64,000 nt of DNA from Lytechinus pictus. Taxonomy: Eukaryota. Positions 40,050-54,243 of this stretch are shown one piece after another; the stretch's first letter is position 1; each line of letters starts with the position of its first letter. The notes under the pieces were generated by a model that saw only the letters and a list, made by a program, of their open reading frames with translations, did no database searches and had not been told where the DNA came from. Made by a program: the position numbers and the translations under genes. The stretch is from NCBI RefSeq assembly GCF_037042905.1, contig NC_087252.1, positions 310,001 to 374,000 of the forward strand, given 5' to 3'.

Positions 40050-40526
40050 CTGTCAAGAGTATTGAACAGATACAGTGATAACAATGATGAAAAAGTTAAA
40101 GAAATGATTACACAATTAGTGATTTCAAGTCCAGTGTTTACCTTTCGGTGTTAGTGTTAGGTAAATTTTTACACGATTATAACACCAAACATAAAATGAA
40201 GATGGTCCTGAAAAGTCACTCACTAGTTGTTGAGATGTCAATAATGTGATCTGGATCAAGTTTACAAACTCTGAATAAGTTTTGGAGCTAGGGGAAACAA
40301 TCCAAATTTCAACACCAACACCAAGGCCAACATCGGACTTGAAATCACCCAATACGCATTTTACAAGATACTCTTTCATTTATCTGACAAAGTATTAACA
40401 CTTCAATTAATCTTTACATTTGCCATTAGGGTAATTCCATGAAATAGATAAATTCGAACCCTCTATAAGCTAGTATGACCTTCCTGTAATAACTGCTCCA
40501 CTTTCTAGTATATATTCAGTTATTAA

Positions 40527-41087
40527 CCCTTTGAACCCTGAATTATTAGGGGCGGTGGTGACCTATACCCTGAATTATTTGCACATATCGACCACATTCA
40601 CAAACCCCCATGATTCGAGATCCAACGGCGTCTTCCCCCCGCTAGTACCCGGACCGAGCAGGCTGAAGTTGTTTACCTTCTCGTAGACCTAGTCTACAAA
40701 CAGAAATATCAACTTTAGTGTCTGTTTTGGGCTCAAAATCACTGTTTTCACCAAAGTCGGATATATCAATTGCTTCCCCATAGTAAGCACGTGACTCACC
40801 GAGTATTACACCGAATGTTACCGCACATACGACACGAACAACCACAAAAAAGTGGCATATTTGGGCCATTTTTTATGCTAAACCCTTCCGAAAACATGCA
40901 ACCTTGACTGAAATTATCGACTAAATATTCCTACACGTACTAAAAAGATGACGTCATTTTAAAAAGATCACCTGACATTTAGAATCCATGTTTTTGAAGT
41001 CACATGGCTGTAGGCCGGTATTCCGGCCTATCGGGTATATGCGCGTTTACTGGTGGGCCGGTATTCCGGCCTATCGGGTTCAAAGGG
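40527..41087. mobile_element. piggyBac-like MITE
   Basis: ttaa|ccctttgaaccc ... gggttcaaaggg|ttaa; subterminal direct repeat ggccggtattccggcctatcgggt present twice. Confidence 0.85.
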
Positions 41088-41734
41088 TTAAGAAGTGAAG
41101 TTACAATGGGAGAAGATGGTCATATTCTGAGTTGATGTTATGCCTTGTAGGACTAATTTGGTTTGAATAACGTACACTATAAACTATGAAGAAAAAGTTG
41201 ATTATTTTATAGAATTGCTTCCAAATTATATGGTAACAGGCTGGTTATGCTATTCCACATGTTTTTTCACATACCCCTGCCAGCATACATACTGGGCTTA
41301 TTCTCTAACATGTTTAAAGGTATTGTTTAACTTTGTGAGCAGCCGATTTAAAAAATTCTCAAACCAAGATGAAACATGTGTACCAGTGCATGTATTAGAA
41401 CTAATAAACTCTGAAAACAACCATTATTGAGAATGAAAAGCTAAAACTACAAGGCAAACCCCGATTTTGTAAATAGGTGTCTTATAGATGCCTAAATAGT
41501 ACACATAAGTGTATGGGATGAAATTAAGATGGTGTTTTCGGTCACTTTATATTTCAATTTTTGAAGCACTTAATAATTATTTTCGAACGCAATTTTTTCT
41601 GGGCTTCATTTTTGTAACATATCACAGACACAGGTGACAAGTGTGACCTTCTAGCTCAGATTTTTTAAAAGTCAAACCAATGTTAACCAATCACTTTAAG
41701 TATATGAAGTTAATTTGGATGACGGTGAACTCAC

Positions 41735-42026
41735 CTGAAGAAGCACAAAGCCAATGCTCTGAGGCATCTCAACGCTCGCCACGCTCAACAAACTCATCAA
41801 CGAGGGCGCATGGTACGGGAACGTGTACTTCTCTGCCTCGTTGACGATGTGAATAGGAAGTTCTCCAAGGTCAACTATAGAGGGCAGCCTCTCAGTGATA
41901 GAGTCAATGGCATTGGATATCTTGGTGGAGTTGAACTGGGGTTGGGATGGGATGGTTGATGATCCTCGTGGGCCAGAATGCTGGATCTCATAGAGATTGT
42001 CAAGGTATGTCAGGAAATCAAGACCA
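41735..42026 (-). CDS. DNHD1: DNHD1-like dynein, exon (C-terminal domain)
   Basis: cttccag| and CAG|gtgagt; stop-free, ending ..IGFVLLQ, then E from the next exon. Confidence 0.85.
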
Positions 42027-42622
42027 CTGGAAGAGTAAGAGAAAAGAGGTCAAGGTGAAGGTCAGACTTATTTGAAGTGAAGGTCAGAGTGAAGGTCAGA
42101 ATGAAGCTTGAAGGGAATTTAGAAAAGGGATAATGTAAACAACCCCAAAATACAGGACATAAAATGAAAGATAATATTCGATCCTGGGAACATTTGTTAC
42201 CTGAAAACCTTGTTTTGATTGGCTGAGAAGAACAGGTGTCTGAATGTTACTATGGAAACTGTAAAGTAATACAGACTTTGTCGGACATAACATCTGGCAA
42301 GTCCTTTCATAAAGTTGTCCTCCCGAAAAAAAAAAAACTTTGAATGTGACAGACATATTAGAGCTGCCAAACTTGAAAGAGTAAATTAACAAAATCAGTT
42401 CATTCCCCCAAATTCTTATTTTCTCAACACCTCAACCATGCAGCCTAGGGCACAGAGCTTAGCAATCATCGTAGAACCATTTCTTACGATAGATTGCATT
42501 GACCACAATGTACTATCAATCGTAAAAATCAAGCATACGACTAAACGCTAACCTTTGTGTTACGGGACCAAGAATGTGAAATTACAATTATATGAATGGG
42601 AAAAAAAAGTTTTATGACATAC

Positions 42623-42876
42623 CTTGCTTTGTTGACCAGTTTCTTAACACCATCATCCAGACTCAAAGCTTCCGTGGTCCCGACCTCCTCATCCCATTTC
42701 TCCTCCAACCATCCAGCATAGTCCGTAGCATCCACGTTAGCTGGAGGGGTTGGTACAGTAACAGAGCCTAGGACCAGCTGGCTACCAGACCGACTGGTGG
42801 CAGTGAGGATGTGATTGACAATGGTAGAGAGATAGAGACGATCCCAGGGGTCGGTAAGCATGTTCCCATAGACAAC
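42623..42876 (-). CDS. DNHD1: DNHD1-like dynein, exon (AAA lid)
   Basis: VVYGNMLTDPWDRLYL matches dynein YGGxxTDxWDxR. Confidence 0.88.
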
Positions 42877-43565
42877 CTACGTCAAAGAATACAATGGGTT
42901 TGATTTTCGTTAAACTGACAAATTATGTTCCAGTGATAAAATTTTTTCAAGAATTATAAATACTCAATGCTCTATATAACATATATAACATTCTGAAGAT
43001 GTTCGTCATCGGGAGACAACTGATCAATCAACTCTATATATAACATTGATACTACCATACCTCTATGCCCTTTAGAAGGAAGAAAAGAAAGAATGAAGAA
43101 GAAATGCCCATTTACAGAGGATCAAATCAATAATAGGTACATGTACATGTATATCTCATTCTATAAAAAGAATTGTCTTCAAAAGGGACTCAATGATTCT
43201 ACAGTATTAGCCAGTTAAATACCGAACTTTGTTCCTACCAAAATGCTTTTTTTTTTGTCGAACACTTTGTCATTGGGATGCAAGCTACCTTACAAAGAGA
43301 TATAGGTTAGATTCTAGAGGGCACTAACAAACTAAAGAGCTTGGCTCCCACATGTGGTGTTATTGACTTGTAGATGGCTCAGTAAGTTCACTTAATGATC
43401 AAAGACAAACCAGGATCCCAAAAGCAACAGTTATAAACAGGATTTTTATTTCAGATAAACTGCACAAACATATTTCGCTCTGCAATGACCCTGATAACCT
43501 TTTTTCTGAAGCTTATTCTCTCTCTCCAAACAAAAACAAAGTAATCATTAACAACAGATCCTTAC

Positions 43566-43843
43566 CCCAGAGATGAGTCCACAGAGCTCTTTCAGACTAT
43601 CGTTCCCAGTCTGACCTCCTTCTTCCTTGAACTTTGACCCCATGATGACCTCTAGACTGTGATTGACCTGGACTTCACTAAAGGCTTGGTACTGTGAAAG
43701 ACCTCTTGCACCGTACATCTGACGAGCGTAGAGGACTGCATGGATGACGCAGGCTCCGTACGCAACGCCTCGTACCGCTGTGCTTTGATCAGTCAAGGCT
43801 TGCCAGATGGATGGACCAACCGATTTCAAGGCAGCGATAGTAG
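43566..43843 (-). CDS. DNHD1: DNHD1-like dynein, exon (AAA lid)
   Basis: YGACVIHAVLYARQMYGARGLSQYQAFSE matches dynein FHAxxxERxxFGxxGWxxxYxF. Confidence 0.88.
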
Positions 43844-44816
43844 CTGAGGAATAAAACGAACATGAAATGCAAATTCAACATCTTAAAACATATTTCAACA
43901 AGTACATGTACATACCTCCCAAACCTTAGAGCCAAGAAATGGATTTCATTCATAGGAAATTTCCAGAAAAAGGAACACAGATGGCTAAAATGGAAAAAAT
44001 TACATTTTTTTCCTCACAGGAATGTTGCTATTGAATAGGTACACTTGGGAGGTAAGCATGTAATTATCTATTTTTTTGTTCAATATCTAAAATATAACAA
44101 AGTGTAAGATAATCTGTTGTAAACGAATGGGAATAATTATTATAATCAGCTCTTTTCCTCATTTACACATGAGGTAAGAGCCTAGTAAAGATAGGAAATA
44201 TCAAATGAATATGCAATATTGAAATTTCTTTGCTTCCCATAATTTTAACACGGAGTTAGACCATGGTCTATAAAGTTAAACAAGACTTAAGGAATTGGGC
44301 AAGAGAGTCTAAGGGGGTGCTGCAATCAATCTTTGCAATCAATTGCAAAATTTTAGTTGCAAATTTACAAATGACAGACCTATTTCGAACTAAAGCAAAT
44401 AAAAAAATAGTTCTTCATACAAGAAGTAGACCACCAATCAATTGCAAATTTACAATTAATAGCAAGACTTACGATTGATTTGGGACCTGAAAATGACTTG
44501 TACTCAATAGCAAATTTCTTTCAAAACTCCACAAGACCCTGTCACATTGTTCCATGAAGGCCTTGCGTGTGACTTGCGGGTAACTATTTTTGCTACCCGC
44601 AGGACGCCAACATTGACAGTGTCTTGCACGTATCTCACACGCAGTTGCCCGCAGAATCGCACACAAGTCTAATTTCAAAGCAGAAAGATTGTGAGCATGC
44701 TCAAAACTTTGTTGTGGGTGAGTTGCAGGTAACTGCCCGCAACTCACCTGCAAAGACTTGCACAGAATTATGTGACAGGGCCTATACACAGGTACCTCCT
44801 GAAAGTAAAGACTAAC

Positions 44817-45029
44817 CTGTTTTGAGTATGTCATCCTGAGAGAGCGTTACTACCTCCATGTTGGTTGAACCATCCTGTTCATTCAAGAGATGAGGACCTA
44901 TCACATCCCAGGAGATGACACGGACGGACTGAAGGAGGTCATCAGGAAGACGAGCCGAGGGTTCAGAGGTCAACCAGATGCAGAAACGTGATTGGTTGTT
45001 GGCTGCGATGGGATTGAGCCCCAATGGAC
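44817..45029 (-). CDS. DNHD1: DNHD1-like dynein, exon (AAA6)
   Basis: SRFCIWLTSEPSARLPDDLLQ matches dynein FRLWLTSxPxxxFPxxxLQ. Confidence 0.88.
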
Positions 45030-45495
45030 CTGATGAGAGGAGAGATGATAATTGGTATGAACATTAGGATAAATACCACTGGCACAGATATGTCAAATTG
45101 TACAAACATTGAATTGATATAATGAGAAACTGCTCAGATCTTACAATTTTTTTATTACTTAAATGACCTCAAAGAATAAGTGATGCCATCCTCAATACAC
45201 CATTGAAATATGTCATATTTTATATAACAAAATAAAAGAGAAGTAGTGAGAAGGTGACATCATCCCTTCATTCATTTGCACACTGACCAGTATGCGCATA
45301 AAAACAATTTGGTGAAAATAAGACAAATTTTTAAATGCTATTATTTCTTATCATACATAATTATACATCCAATTTTGGTCAGGTATCGAGTTCTATGATT
45401 GTCTAGTTTTCCTGTATATGTTCAAATCAATTACTGTTAGGGTTGACTTGGCATTTCATTAGAAATCTTCAAGCGATGTACATTAAACCTCTTAC

Positions 45496-45676
45496 CTCCT
45501 GTATTACCAACTCTAATAAGTTGACCTTTGAGATGAGAGAGAAAACGATCGGAGGCGAGATGAAGGTCTTCAATCACCAACCAACCATCTTTATCAGCGA
45601 TTGCATCTATCGCCATGGCAACCTGCTGCTCCGTGCCTTCGTTGATGGCAATTCGCTCATAGGCAATGCTCTTTTT
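45496..45676 (-). CDS. DNHD1: DNHD1-like dynein, exon (AAA6)
   Basis: DGWLVIEDLHLA resembles dynein GxWVxLQNCHLA; ttttag| and GGAG|gtaaga. Confidence 0.88.
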
Positions 45677-45967
45677 CTAAAAAGGGTGAACAGTAAAAAA
45701 AAAAATCAAGTGTGAATTTGCCCAAGGGATAGTGTCAAGCTGATGAATAGTTTTATGTTTTTAACTATGAGGATTAGGATTAAGGTTTTGAAAAGTTTTG
45801 AATGTACATGTACATTTAAATTTGGCTCAATATGTAGGTTTTCACTAAAGCATACATTATTTCTTAGAACCAATGCCAATAAGGAGTTTTTACAAAGTGA
45901 CATGGAATGAATTCAAGAACACAGTATGTATATATTGAAAATACCTCCTCAAATGACAAAGAAGAGA

Positions 45968-46243
45968 TAATAATAGGCATTTGTATAGCACCATCAATCT
46001 AGAAACATCTATTCCGAGGCGCATTGTTATTATAATTACTACCCCGGCTTCAGCTTGAGCTGCCTTTCAGCGCTCGTGCATTCAAGGAATTAATCCTGCC
46101 GGGTACCCATTCACTTCACCTGGGTCGAGTGCAGCAGTGTGGATAAATTTCTTGCTGAAGGAAAACACGCCATGGCTTGGATTCGAACCCACTATCCTCT
46201 GTTTGGAAGGCGAGAGTCAGAACCACTAGACCACGACGCGCCC
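45968..46243 (-). mobile_element. tRNA-derived SINE, full length
   Basis: On the minus strand: A-box TGGTCTAGTGG, B-box GGTTCGAATCC, the family body and a (TAT)n tail. Confidence 0.85.
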
Positions 46244-46518
46244 ACGGATGGGAGGGGTATGTAAAAAATTGGTGAACCAGAACAGCAGGTTTGTTCCAAT
46301 GAAATTATTTGAGCTGACAAAAAATTGCAAATATACCGTTAGTCCAGTGTCCATAAAGAAACTGCTGTTTTGATTCACCAATTTGTGACAATGACTTCTT
46401 GGTTGTTCTTTGTCGTGAAGAACATTTGATGATACTTTTTCTATGTTCTTGAATACGTTGTGCTTCATGGAGCAAAAACTCTGTATTATCTATAATGCCA
46501 AGAAGACATTCATCATAC

Positions 46519-46844
46519 CTGTGCATATGTGCGTAGTATATCAACTGGTCTTGTGTTAGACTTGAGTTCACTGGGCAACCTCTTATTCCCTGCTGCTGGT
46601 GATGGTGGCATCAGGACCATGACAGCGAGAGAGCGGACCGCACTACCCAGGATGCTTCCCACCGCAGACGGTAGGGGCTTCACACAGGTCAGGTGACGCT
46701 GGACGTACCGGGAGGCCGCTGCCGGGAACCGGTCAGGGCGGAGAAGACGGAGGAGGATGAGCTGGTGGAACTCGTTGAGACCGCCGAGGTCTGGACTGCT
46801 CTGGGGCGAGGTCTGGCCCTGTTCATCAACTGGACGCTCTTCAC
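46519..46844 (-). CDS. DNHD1: DNHD1-like dynein, exon (start of AAA6)
   Basis: LNEFHQLILLRLLRPDR matches dynein FQKLLLLRxLRPDR; ataaag| and CAG|gtatga. Confidence 0.9.
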
Positions 46845-47949
46845 CTTTATGGCAAATAATAGATGGAAGATATATATAATGAAATAAACATTGATATAAC
46901 TGTACATCATGCAAGTAATCTTGCATTAGTATCAGAACTAATAATTATTTCTTTTGCTGCAATCTTAAAATGCATTTAGTACTTCTAATGCATGTAATAA
47001 TGATGATATATTACACTCATGCAGTGCTTAAAGTGATAATTTCACTTTGTTCTGATTTAAAAAATTCTCCTTTTGGTTCCTGAAAATGGGCTAAACATTA
47101 GGCTTATAGTGTAAAAATACCATCCCAAAAGTTTCAAAGTATTACATTTACAGGATCAATTTTAAAACCTTGGAGATGTAAACCAAAGTTTGAAATAATT
47201 GGGAGTTGGTTTCAATGACTATGTGTATACAGGGAATCTGTGCACCACAACAAATTAATTCTAGATGAACACAGCATGACCTACATACAGTGTGTACAAG
47301 GTATACACTGAATGTACAGTGCAGCTAATAGTGTGTGTATAGGAGATACACACAACAGAAGGCAGTCAAAATAGCCAACAGACTTTTTGAATTGGAGAAA
47401 ACTGGTCATAAGCTGAACCCGTCTACTAGACGGTTCCCAAAATCAGGCTAATAGATTGCTACTTGTATCTAAATTAGAGTTTTTCGTCCTGTATTGTGGT
47501 CTGTTTCAGGGTTTTTGAGGACAAATACAGGCACTCATACGCACGTTTCAACTCAGTTTGAGAATTATTAAAATCAGCTGCTCACAAAGTTAAACGATCC
47601 CTTTAATATAATTTTTTGTTCTAAATTTTGCAGCTTGAGCTAAAGCCAGGGTAGTAATCAAAATAACAATGCAACTCGGAATAGATTATTTCTAGATAGA
47701 TGTGGCTATACACATATAAATACCTATTATCATCATTATTATTGCATCAATGATATTTGGTCCTTATCCCAGAACTTTAAAGAAAAGAGGAATTTCCAAT
47801 ATGTTAGTGAGTCGATAACATATTAACCATATCTGTTACAGTCAGTCTATTGTAAATATTAATCTTAATCAGCAGTGAATCAATTGTATATATTAATCAC
47901 ATCTGTCTTGAGAAATAGGGCCTAGGGGTGATATGTTTCATCTACATGT

Positions 47950-48327
47950 ATGATGATCATGATGATGGTGATATAAATGAAGATGATGATGATGGTCATC
48001 ATCATCATCATCACCACCATCATCATCATCACCATCATATTCATCATCATCATCACCATCATTATCATCATCATCATCATCATCACCATCACCACCAACA
48101 TCATTATCATCATAATCATCATCACCATCATCACCATCATCATCATCATCATCATCACCACCATCATCATCACCTCCACCACCACCACCACCATCATCAT
48201 CATCACCATCATCAACATTACCATCACCATCATCATCATCACCATCGTCATCATCATCACCATCATCATCATCACCATCATCACCATCATCATCATCACC
48301 ATCATCAACATTACCATCATCATCATC

Positions 48328-48379
<52 letters not shown>

Positions 48380-48380
48380 G
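47950..48380. repeat. (CAT/CAC)n microsatellite
   Basis: Seen directly; it produces spurious poly-H/D/M/I ORFs. Confidence 0.9.
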
Positions 48381-48479
48381 CTATTGTAAATATTAATATC
48401 ATGTAACAGTGAATCACTTGTAAATATTAATCACATGTCTTCATGTACCAGGGCCTAGGGCTGATAGGCTTCATCTCAC

Positions 48480-48710
48480 CTGTATTTGGCCTGAGCGGTA
48501 GGGCTAGTCTCTCAGGTTCTGATGATTGATACCATTCATCCCATCTATCAGGCATCTCAGCTATCTGAATACACAGGGAATCCAATGGACCAGGTAGCAC
48601 AGAGATGGCTAGGATATCCTCCCATTTATCAGGGGGGAGGAAGGCTGGGGGCGGGGCATCGCATCCAAAGTCAAGGAGAGTCAACTCCATGGTCCCCAGT
48701 CCAGGATTAC
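48480..48710 (-). CDS. DNHD1: DNHD1-like dynein, exon
   Basis: PPAFLPPDKWEDI..WDEWYQSSEPE; atgacag| and ACAG|gtgaga. Confidence 0.85.
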
Positions 48711-51362
48711 CTGTCATAGGTGTTTTAAAGTCATTTATTAATCAATATTGATTGTCTGATTGATTGATTGATTCATTCATTAATTTACTCATCTGTTTTA
48801 AATATGTCTATATATTTAATAATTATCCTTCAATTCAAGCCTGCTGTACACTAGAAAATCTGTTCCGATCTGAATTTTCAAGAGAGATTGTTAGAGCAGG
48901 AAGTTGAAAGTAGACCTGGTTAAAGTTTATGAACATTCCAACCTATGAACTCTTAACAATCAACATTCCAAATAGAGATATGAATACTAACATAAAAACT
49001 CCATTCTAATTCTGGCCTCGCTTTAGGAATAATAGCAAATTAAGTTCCAAAAATCGTAATGACATGATCATCGGCTATGACTTGAATCCAAATTCGACAT
49101 TACTACAACCACAAGCTTGCAGCAAGGAATAATTGTGATGTAAGTATTCCTAACATTATGCCAAACTTCAAATGAAATAATTTGATTTCTTGCAATTTTC
49201 AAAATGTGATTTATTAATCTCATATGGTAGTCAGATCGTGCAGTGAGAGCAATATATTTCTAAAATTCATTCATCTTTTCATCTTTTGTATGCATCTTTC
49301 TATTTATTATTTATCTATCAATTCATCTCCACAAAAATTTGTTAATTCATTCATCTTCTATCTCTTCTATCTCTGTACATGTAGCTATTAATCAATTTAT
49401 TCATTCATTCAATTCAGTAAAAAGCATGCCAATATGACAATGACCATTACCCCAATAATAACAATGAAACAGGAACATGCAAAAATATTGAATACGGTAA
49501 AGAAATCATGCAAAGAATCGTTCAAATTTAAGATGAATAAAATTGATCACAGAGGAACCACTTTATAATGTTTGAACTTCAAGGAACTTTTTTTTTGCAA
49601 AATAAAATAGTTGGCATTTTACAAAACGGATTTGAATTTCGGGAATCAAGGCAAGCAAGGTTTTGATTCAAACTGTGCAAACATATTAGTATCATTTCAA
49701 AATTCATTGGACTGCCTGGTATAGTAAAAATAATTGTTGAAAGCAGTTCAAACGTATTAGTATTGTGTCAAATTTTAGTGAATTAAACTGTGTTCCGTAA
49801 TTTAAAGATTAACATGAGTTAATGTCAATTATTCAAAACATTTGGATAAAAACAATTTAAGACAACTGGTCAGTATGTTAAAATTAGAGATTTGTTTTAA
49901 CAAATTCATTATAAAAAGGTTCCATTGTGAATCAATTATTTCATATTAGTCCCACCTGTTTTAATTCGTGATTGTGAGTGCAAATTGCAAAAGTCACTTA
50001 GGAGAGTGTTGAGTCTAGCCGAGGGCAATCGACCTTCATTGTCAAAAGTTGGATTATATATTTATGCAAGAAAACAAATAAAAAACAGAAGGAAAGAAAT
50101 GGCCATGACACATCTATTAGAAGTGATGAAAAGAGAGATAAATGTGCCGAAGAGATGAGTTTAATCAAATCAATATTTTAAATAGGTAATGTAAGTAAGT
50201 GATTATGTCAAACACATGCAAATATTTAAAAAGACGACTCATATCACAATTAATTGAAATAAACTAAGACCAAAAGTGGTAACAAATGATTTTAAGTTTC
50301 CTCACAAATGTGTTGTCTTGGAAACTATTTAATATAGTGGGCTAAAACCTCACCCATGTAAAATTACTTGTAATCTGTAGAATTTTGCATGTTTAATAAC
50401 ACAATGTCTAAAGCTTTTAGTGTTGTTTTTGCCAGATTAAGTATACAATCTAAAGACCAAACTATCTTTTACTATCTACCAGAAATCATGAAAGCTATAC
50501 TTAAGCAAATGAAATGTTCTACAGCAAATTTAAAGAAAAATCAACAATAATATTTCCTAAAAGATAAAATAAACCAAGTGTCCCTTCTTTGATGCAAAAT
50601 AAAGTTATAGATTATTCACTCATTGATTAGAAACCAACATGTGCTATTCCAACATTTTAACAAGAAAATGTGCAAATAAATAAGTTATTAAGTAATTAAG
50701 TAAGAATAATATCAAATATGAACAAACAAAGTTAACTTCATGAATAAACAACAAAAAGAAAACGCAAAGATACATATATAACAAATGGTTTTGACACAAC
50801 ACACTGTACAAAAACAGGTCAGAAACTATTCATACATTCTATTTGCTTTTTTTTATGGGGGGGGGGGGGGGTGGTATGGAAATATGAAAAGCTTCTAGAC
50901 CTACTATCATATGTTTTAATGCAATATTTACCAACAATTGATAACTTATTTTTATTGTCTAAAATAATGCCCCCCCCAAAAAAAAAATGTAGAAAACCAA
51001 TGAACATTAGGGTCAGTTGGCATGTTAATCTTTATTTCTATTATTATCGTGATTTCTGGGGGGGGGTGTCATATTTGAATGAAAATAAATGGGTTTAATT
51101 GGATCTGTTGGTGCATTTGGTGGTAAAATTTGGATTCTGAAAAAAACATATCAGCTTGTTTTTACTAAGGTCAGTTGGGTTGCTGCAAACTTTTTGAAGG
51201 GGCCTCATCTACAGCTTTTCACTTCAGAGGAGCTTTATAGAATTAATCTTTTCTACAGCATATCATAGTTCAATACTAAGCAACAATACAAAAAAATCAC
51301 AGTAACATCTAACATGCAGAGAACTGAAGAAACTACTTTTCTAAAAGGATGTATAAATTTAC

Positions 51363-51472
51363 CTTGTAGAAGTAGAGCTAACTCCTCTTCAGAAAATATG
51401 TTGGTTGTTTCATATTGGATGTTAATGCATAGCAGAGTTGCAAAAAGGAGGCGATGCTCATCATATAGGCTC
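51363..51472 (-). CDS. DNHD1: DNHD1-like dynein, exon
   Basis: SLYDEHRLLFATLLC matches the dynein RxLFExHKLxFxxxL motif; atttcag| and CAAG|gtaaat. Confidence 0.88.
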
Positions 51473-51517
51473 CTGAAATTTAATATTGAAATATTAAATT
51501 TCCTTAAAATATACTGG

Positions 51518-51690
51518 TGATCATCATCATCATGAGTTACCACAGAATCCACCAGTATCATGAACATAATCATCATCATCATCACCATTATCGTCATCAT
51601 CACCATTATCGTCATCATCACCATCATTGTCATCATTTTCACCATCACCATCATCGTCGTCGTCATCATCATCATCATCACCATCATCAG
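51518..51690. repeat. (CAT)n microsatellite
   Basis: Seen directly in the sequence. Confidence 0.85.
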
Positions 51691-51749
51691 TTACCACAGA
51701 ATCCATCTCCTCTTGAACATACAATCACAATCATTTGGGTCCTACTTAC

Positions 51750-51933
51750 TGTCTGACATTCTGGAAGACTGTCTGCGTAAGGCAGTCAACGAGCTGTTTG
51801 ACTTGATTAGCAGATAGATTGGTATACTCCATACCTCCTGATGGGAACGTCGGTACATCAGGAATCACTATATCTGGGACTGACACACCGGCAGGTCCGA
51901 CAGCACCTTCCTCGTCATCTTCTACGCCTGATT
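51750..51933 (-). CDS. DNHD1: DNHD1-like dynein, exon
   Basis: ..VKQLVDCLTQTVFQNVR; ttactcag| and CA|gtaagt. Confidence 0.82.
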
Positions 51934-52636
51934 CTGAGTAAAAAAAGAAGGAAAACAAATTAAAAGCAATTGTTTTTTTTATAAAAATGTGATCACGATT
52001 AAAATGCCTGTGAAAATATCAACATTCGGTTTTTGTTTCCATAACTTTCAAAAGAAATATAGCTCCCTGACTGGCTTATCCATCTAAGCTTACTCATTCG
52101 CTAGCTCTATTTCCTTCCCTCTCTCCTTGTAATATCTACTTGTCTCCCTCTCTCTGACCAGGGCTACGTCTTACAAAGAGTTGCGATTGATCTGATCAAT
52201 TGCAACTATGGAAAGCCAGCAAAGCAAACATATAAAATGCATGTTTCTTCGAAATTTGTTCTAAATATGAATGTATATCCACAAATTCATTGATTTCTTA
52301 ATAATTTGGTGTGTTCTCCTTTGTTTAAAAAGGACATTTACAAGTTTCCTGTTAAAAAAAATATGACACTGATGGATTTCCATAGTTACGATTGATTGGA
52401 TCAATCGTAACTCTTTGTAAGATGGGGCCTTCAATTCTTCCCCTTTCTTCCTACTTCAATGTATCTACACCCTTCAGTTTCTTTTCATTAGTGATAGTCA
52501 CTTTCTGTGTTTGCCTTTTCCTTTCCTTTTCTACCCTCTTTATCTACATGTATCTCTATATCTGTTTTTCTTTCTCTTTCTCCCCCTCCTTCTCAATATT
52601 TCTCTTGTCTTCCTCTTCTCAATCTCTTCTACTTAC

Positions 52637-52778
52637 CTCCTCCTGTCTCCTGCCCTTCTCCCCCATCACCCATGGAAATCTTCTTCTCAGAGATCCGTGT
52701 TGAAGCGCTTCCTAGTCTGGGAGGAACCACCACTCTACCATGATGAGTATCATCTTCATCATCGCTACCGGTATCAGC
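52637..52778 (-). CDS. DNHD1: DNHD1-like dynein, exon (acidic insertion)
   Basis: attccag| and GGAG|gtaagt, phase 0->1; ADTGSDDEDD... Confidence 0.75.
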
Positions 52779-53600
52779 CTGGAATCAGCAGAAGAAAGTG
52801 TATTAAAAAATGTATTACAAATAAAAATATATTAAAAAATAGGAGACACAACATTTGCTCCTGCGACATTTACTCCGGTCTTAACTTATCAGAGGGCTTA
52901 GGGTTAGAGCTGGATTGTAAGAGTTTTTAGTTCAGATTAATGTTAAGATACAGGATTAGGGTTTGTTTAATTTTGGAGATTAGTTTAGAATCTATGTTAG
53001 GCTTAACGCGCAGATTTTCCATCAGAGCAATTGTCGCCAGAGCAAATGTTATGGAACCATAAAATAATTTATATTCACTACCATAACATATATTTATAAC
53101 AATAGGGGGTAAAATGATGATGCATAATACTCCGAGAAAGTCTTCAATCTAGTTCTGTATACAAAAAGAAATCTGAAAACACACCTTCATAATATATCAT
53201 ACATGTACATATACCTATTTCAATAAGATAACCTCGCTCTATGCCATAAAAGGCACTTTGTATCATCTGGTATAAGTGCTTCTAATCAATGAATTATCAT
53301 TTTCATAGACAAACAGAAAATAACATGGATTTAAGGGGACTACTTCCACCGCTGTTTTTATTACTGATTTCTATATAAAGAATAATACCATGCATGCTGA
53401 AATTGATATAAACATTATAACTGATCACTTTAGCTTTGCATGATGCTACATTGTACCATTTGACAACAGGATATCATAGTAATAGGAAAAATTTACTATT
53501 CCGAAGACAAAGTGGCACCTAAAATGATTTCACATATTTCCTGAATCTCCAAATTGCTAAAGGCAGAAGCAACATTGGAACTGAAGAATTGAAGACTTAC

Positions 53601-53936
53601 ATCATGCCAGTCTTCTTCCTGCGCCACCTCTGGAGGAAGTTCCTCTCCTACGGCCTGATCAAACATCCAAAGAAACATCGGTAGTGAAACCCTGTACTCC
53701 CTCTGCATCCCCTGTAGGCTCTGCACCACGGAGTACAGCATCGCACCTCTCTTTGACAGCGGTGACAGCTGGTCCCGGATGCGCTCCAGCTGGGAGAGGG
53801 CCTGTTCCGCAGCCTCCAGACGGGTGAAGACGGTCTCCTTGTGATCCACAATGGAGGAGACGTACTCTGTGTGGCTGGTGATCTCCTGGGAAGAGACTTC
53901 TCCTTCAAGAACCTGGAGGAGTTTGTCCTCAAGGAA
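53601..53936 (-). CDS. DNHD1: DNHD1-like dynein, exon (buttress/strut region)
   Basis: FLEDKLLQVL..RDQLSPLSKRGAMLY..EYRVSLPMFLWMF; cctcaag| and GAT|gtaagt. Confidence 0.88.
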
Positions 53937-54243
53937 CTTGAGGGATGAAACAGAAAAGACAGGTGCTATAAGTCACGTGAAAAGTCAATTGTTCATAGGT
54001 AGTAGTGCAGGTTGATCCTTCTATAATGGTTTCACTAAAAGCACTTAGATCAGAGGTAGTAAAACAAGTTTTCTAAGGGTTACTAAGACGAGTGTGAAGG
54101 TGAAAACTTCTACAAACAACACCAAGTTCCTTTTGAAAACAAAAATCAAACTTAGAAGTTGACATTCAGTTGTCTAGAGGAAAGCCTTTGGGTTGGGAAT
54201 AACACACTTAATGTTCAAAAATAATAACTGAAACCATTTCTAC

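Noticed and set aside
46170..46243. Possible tRNA gene on the minus strand
   Set aside because: The A and B boxes continue into a SINE body and tail shared with several copies in the window.
47922..48417. Poly-His, poly-Asp, poly-Met and poly-Ile ORFs (also at 30829-31176, 51253-51817 and 22470-22990)
   Set aside because: These are translations of trinucleotide microsatellites in introns or intergenic DNA, with no supporting gene structure.
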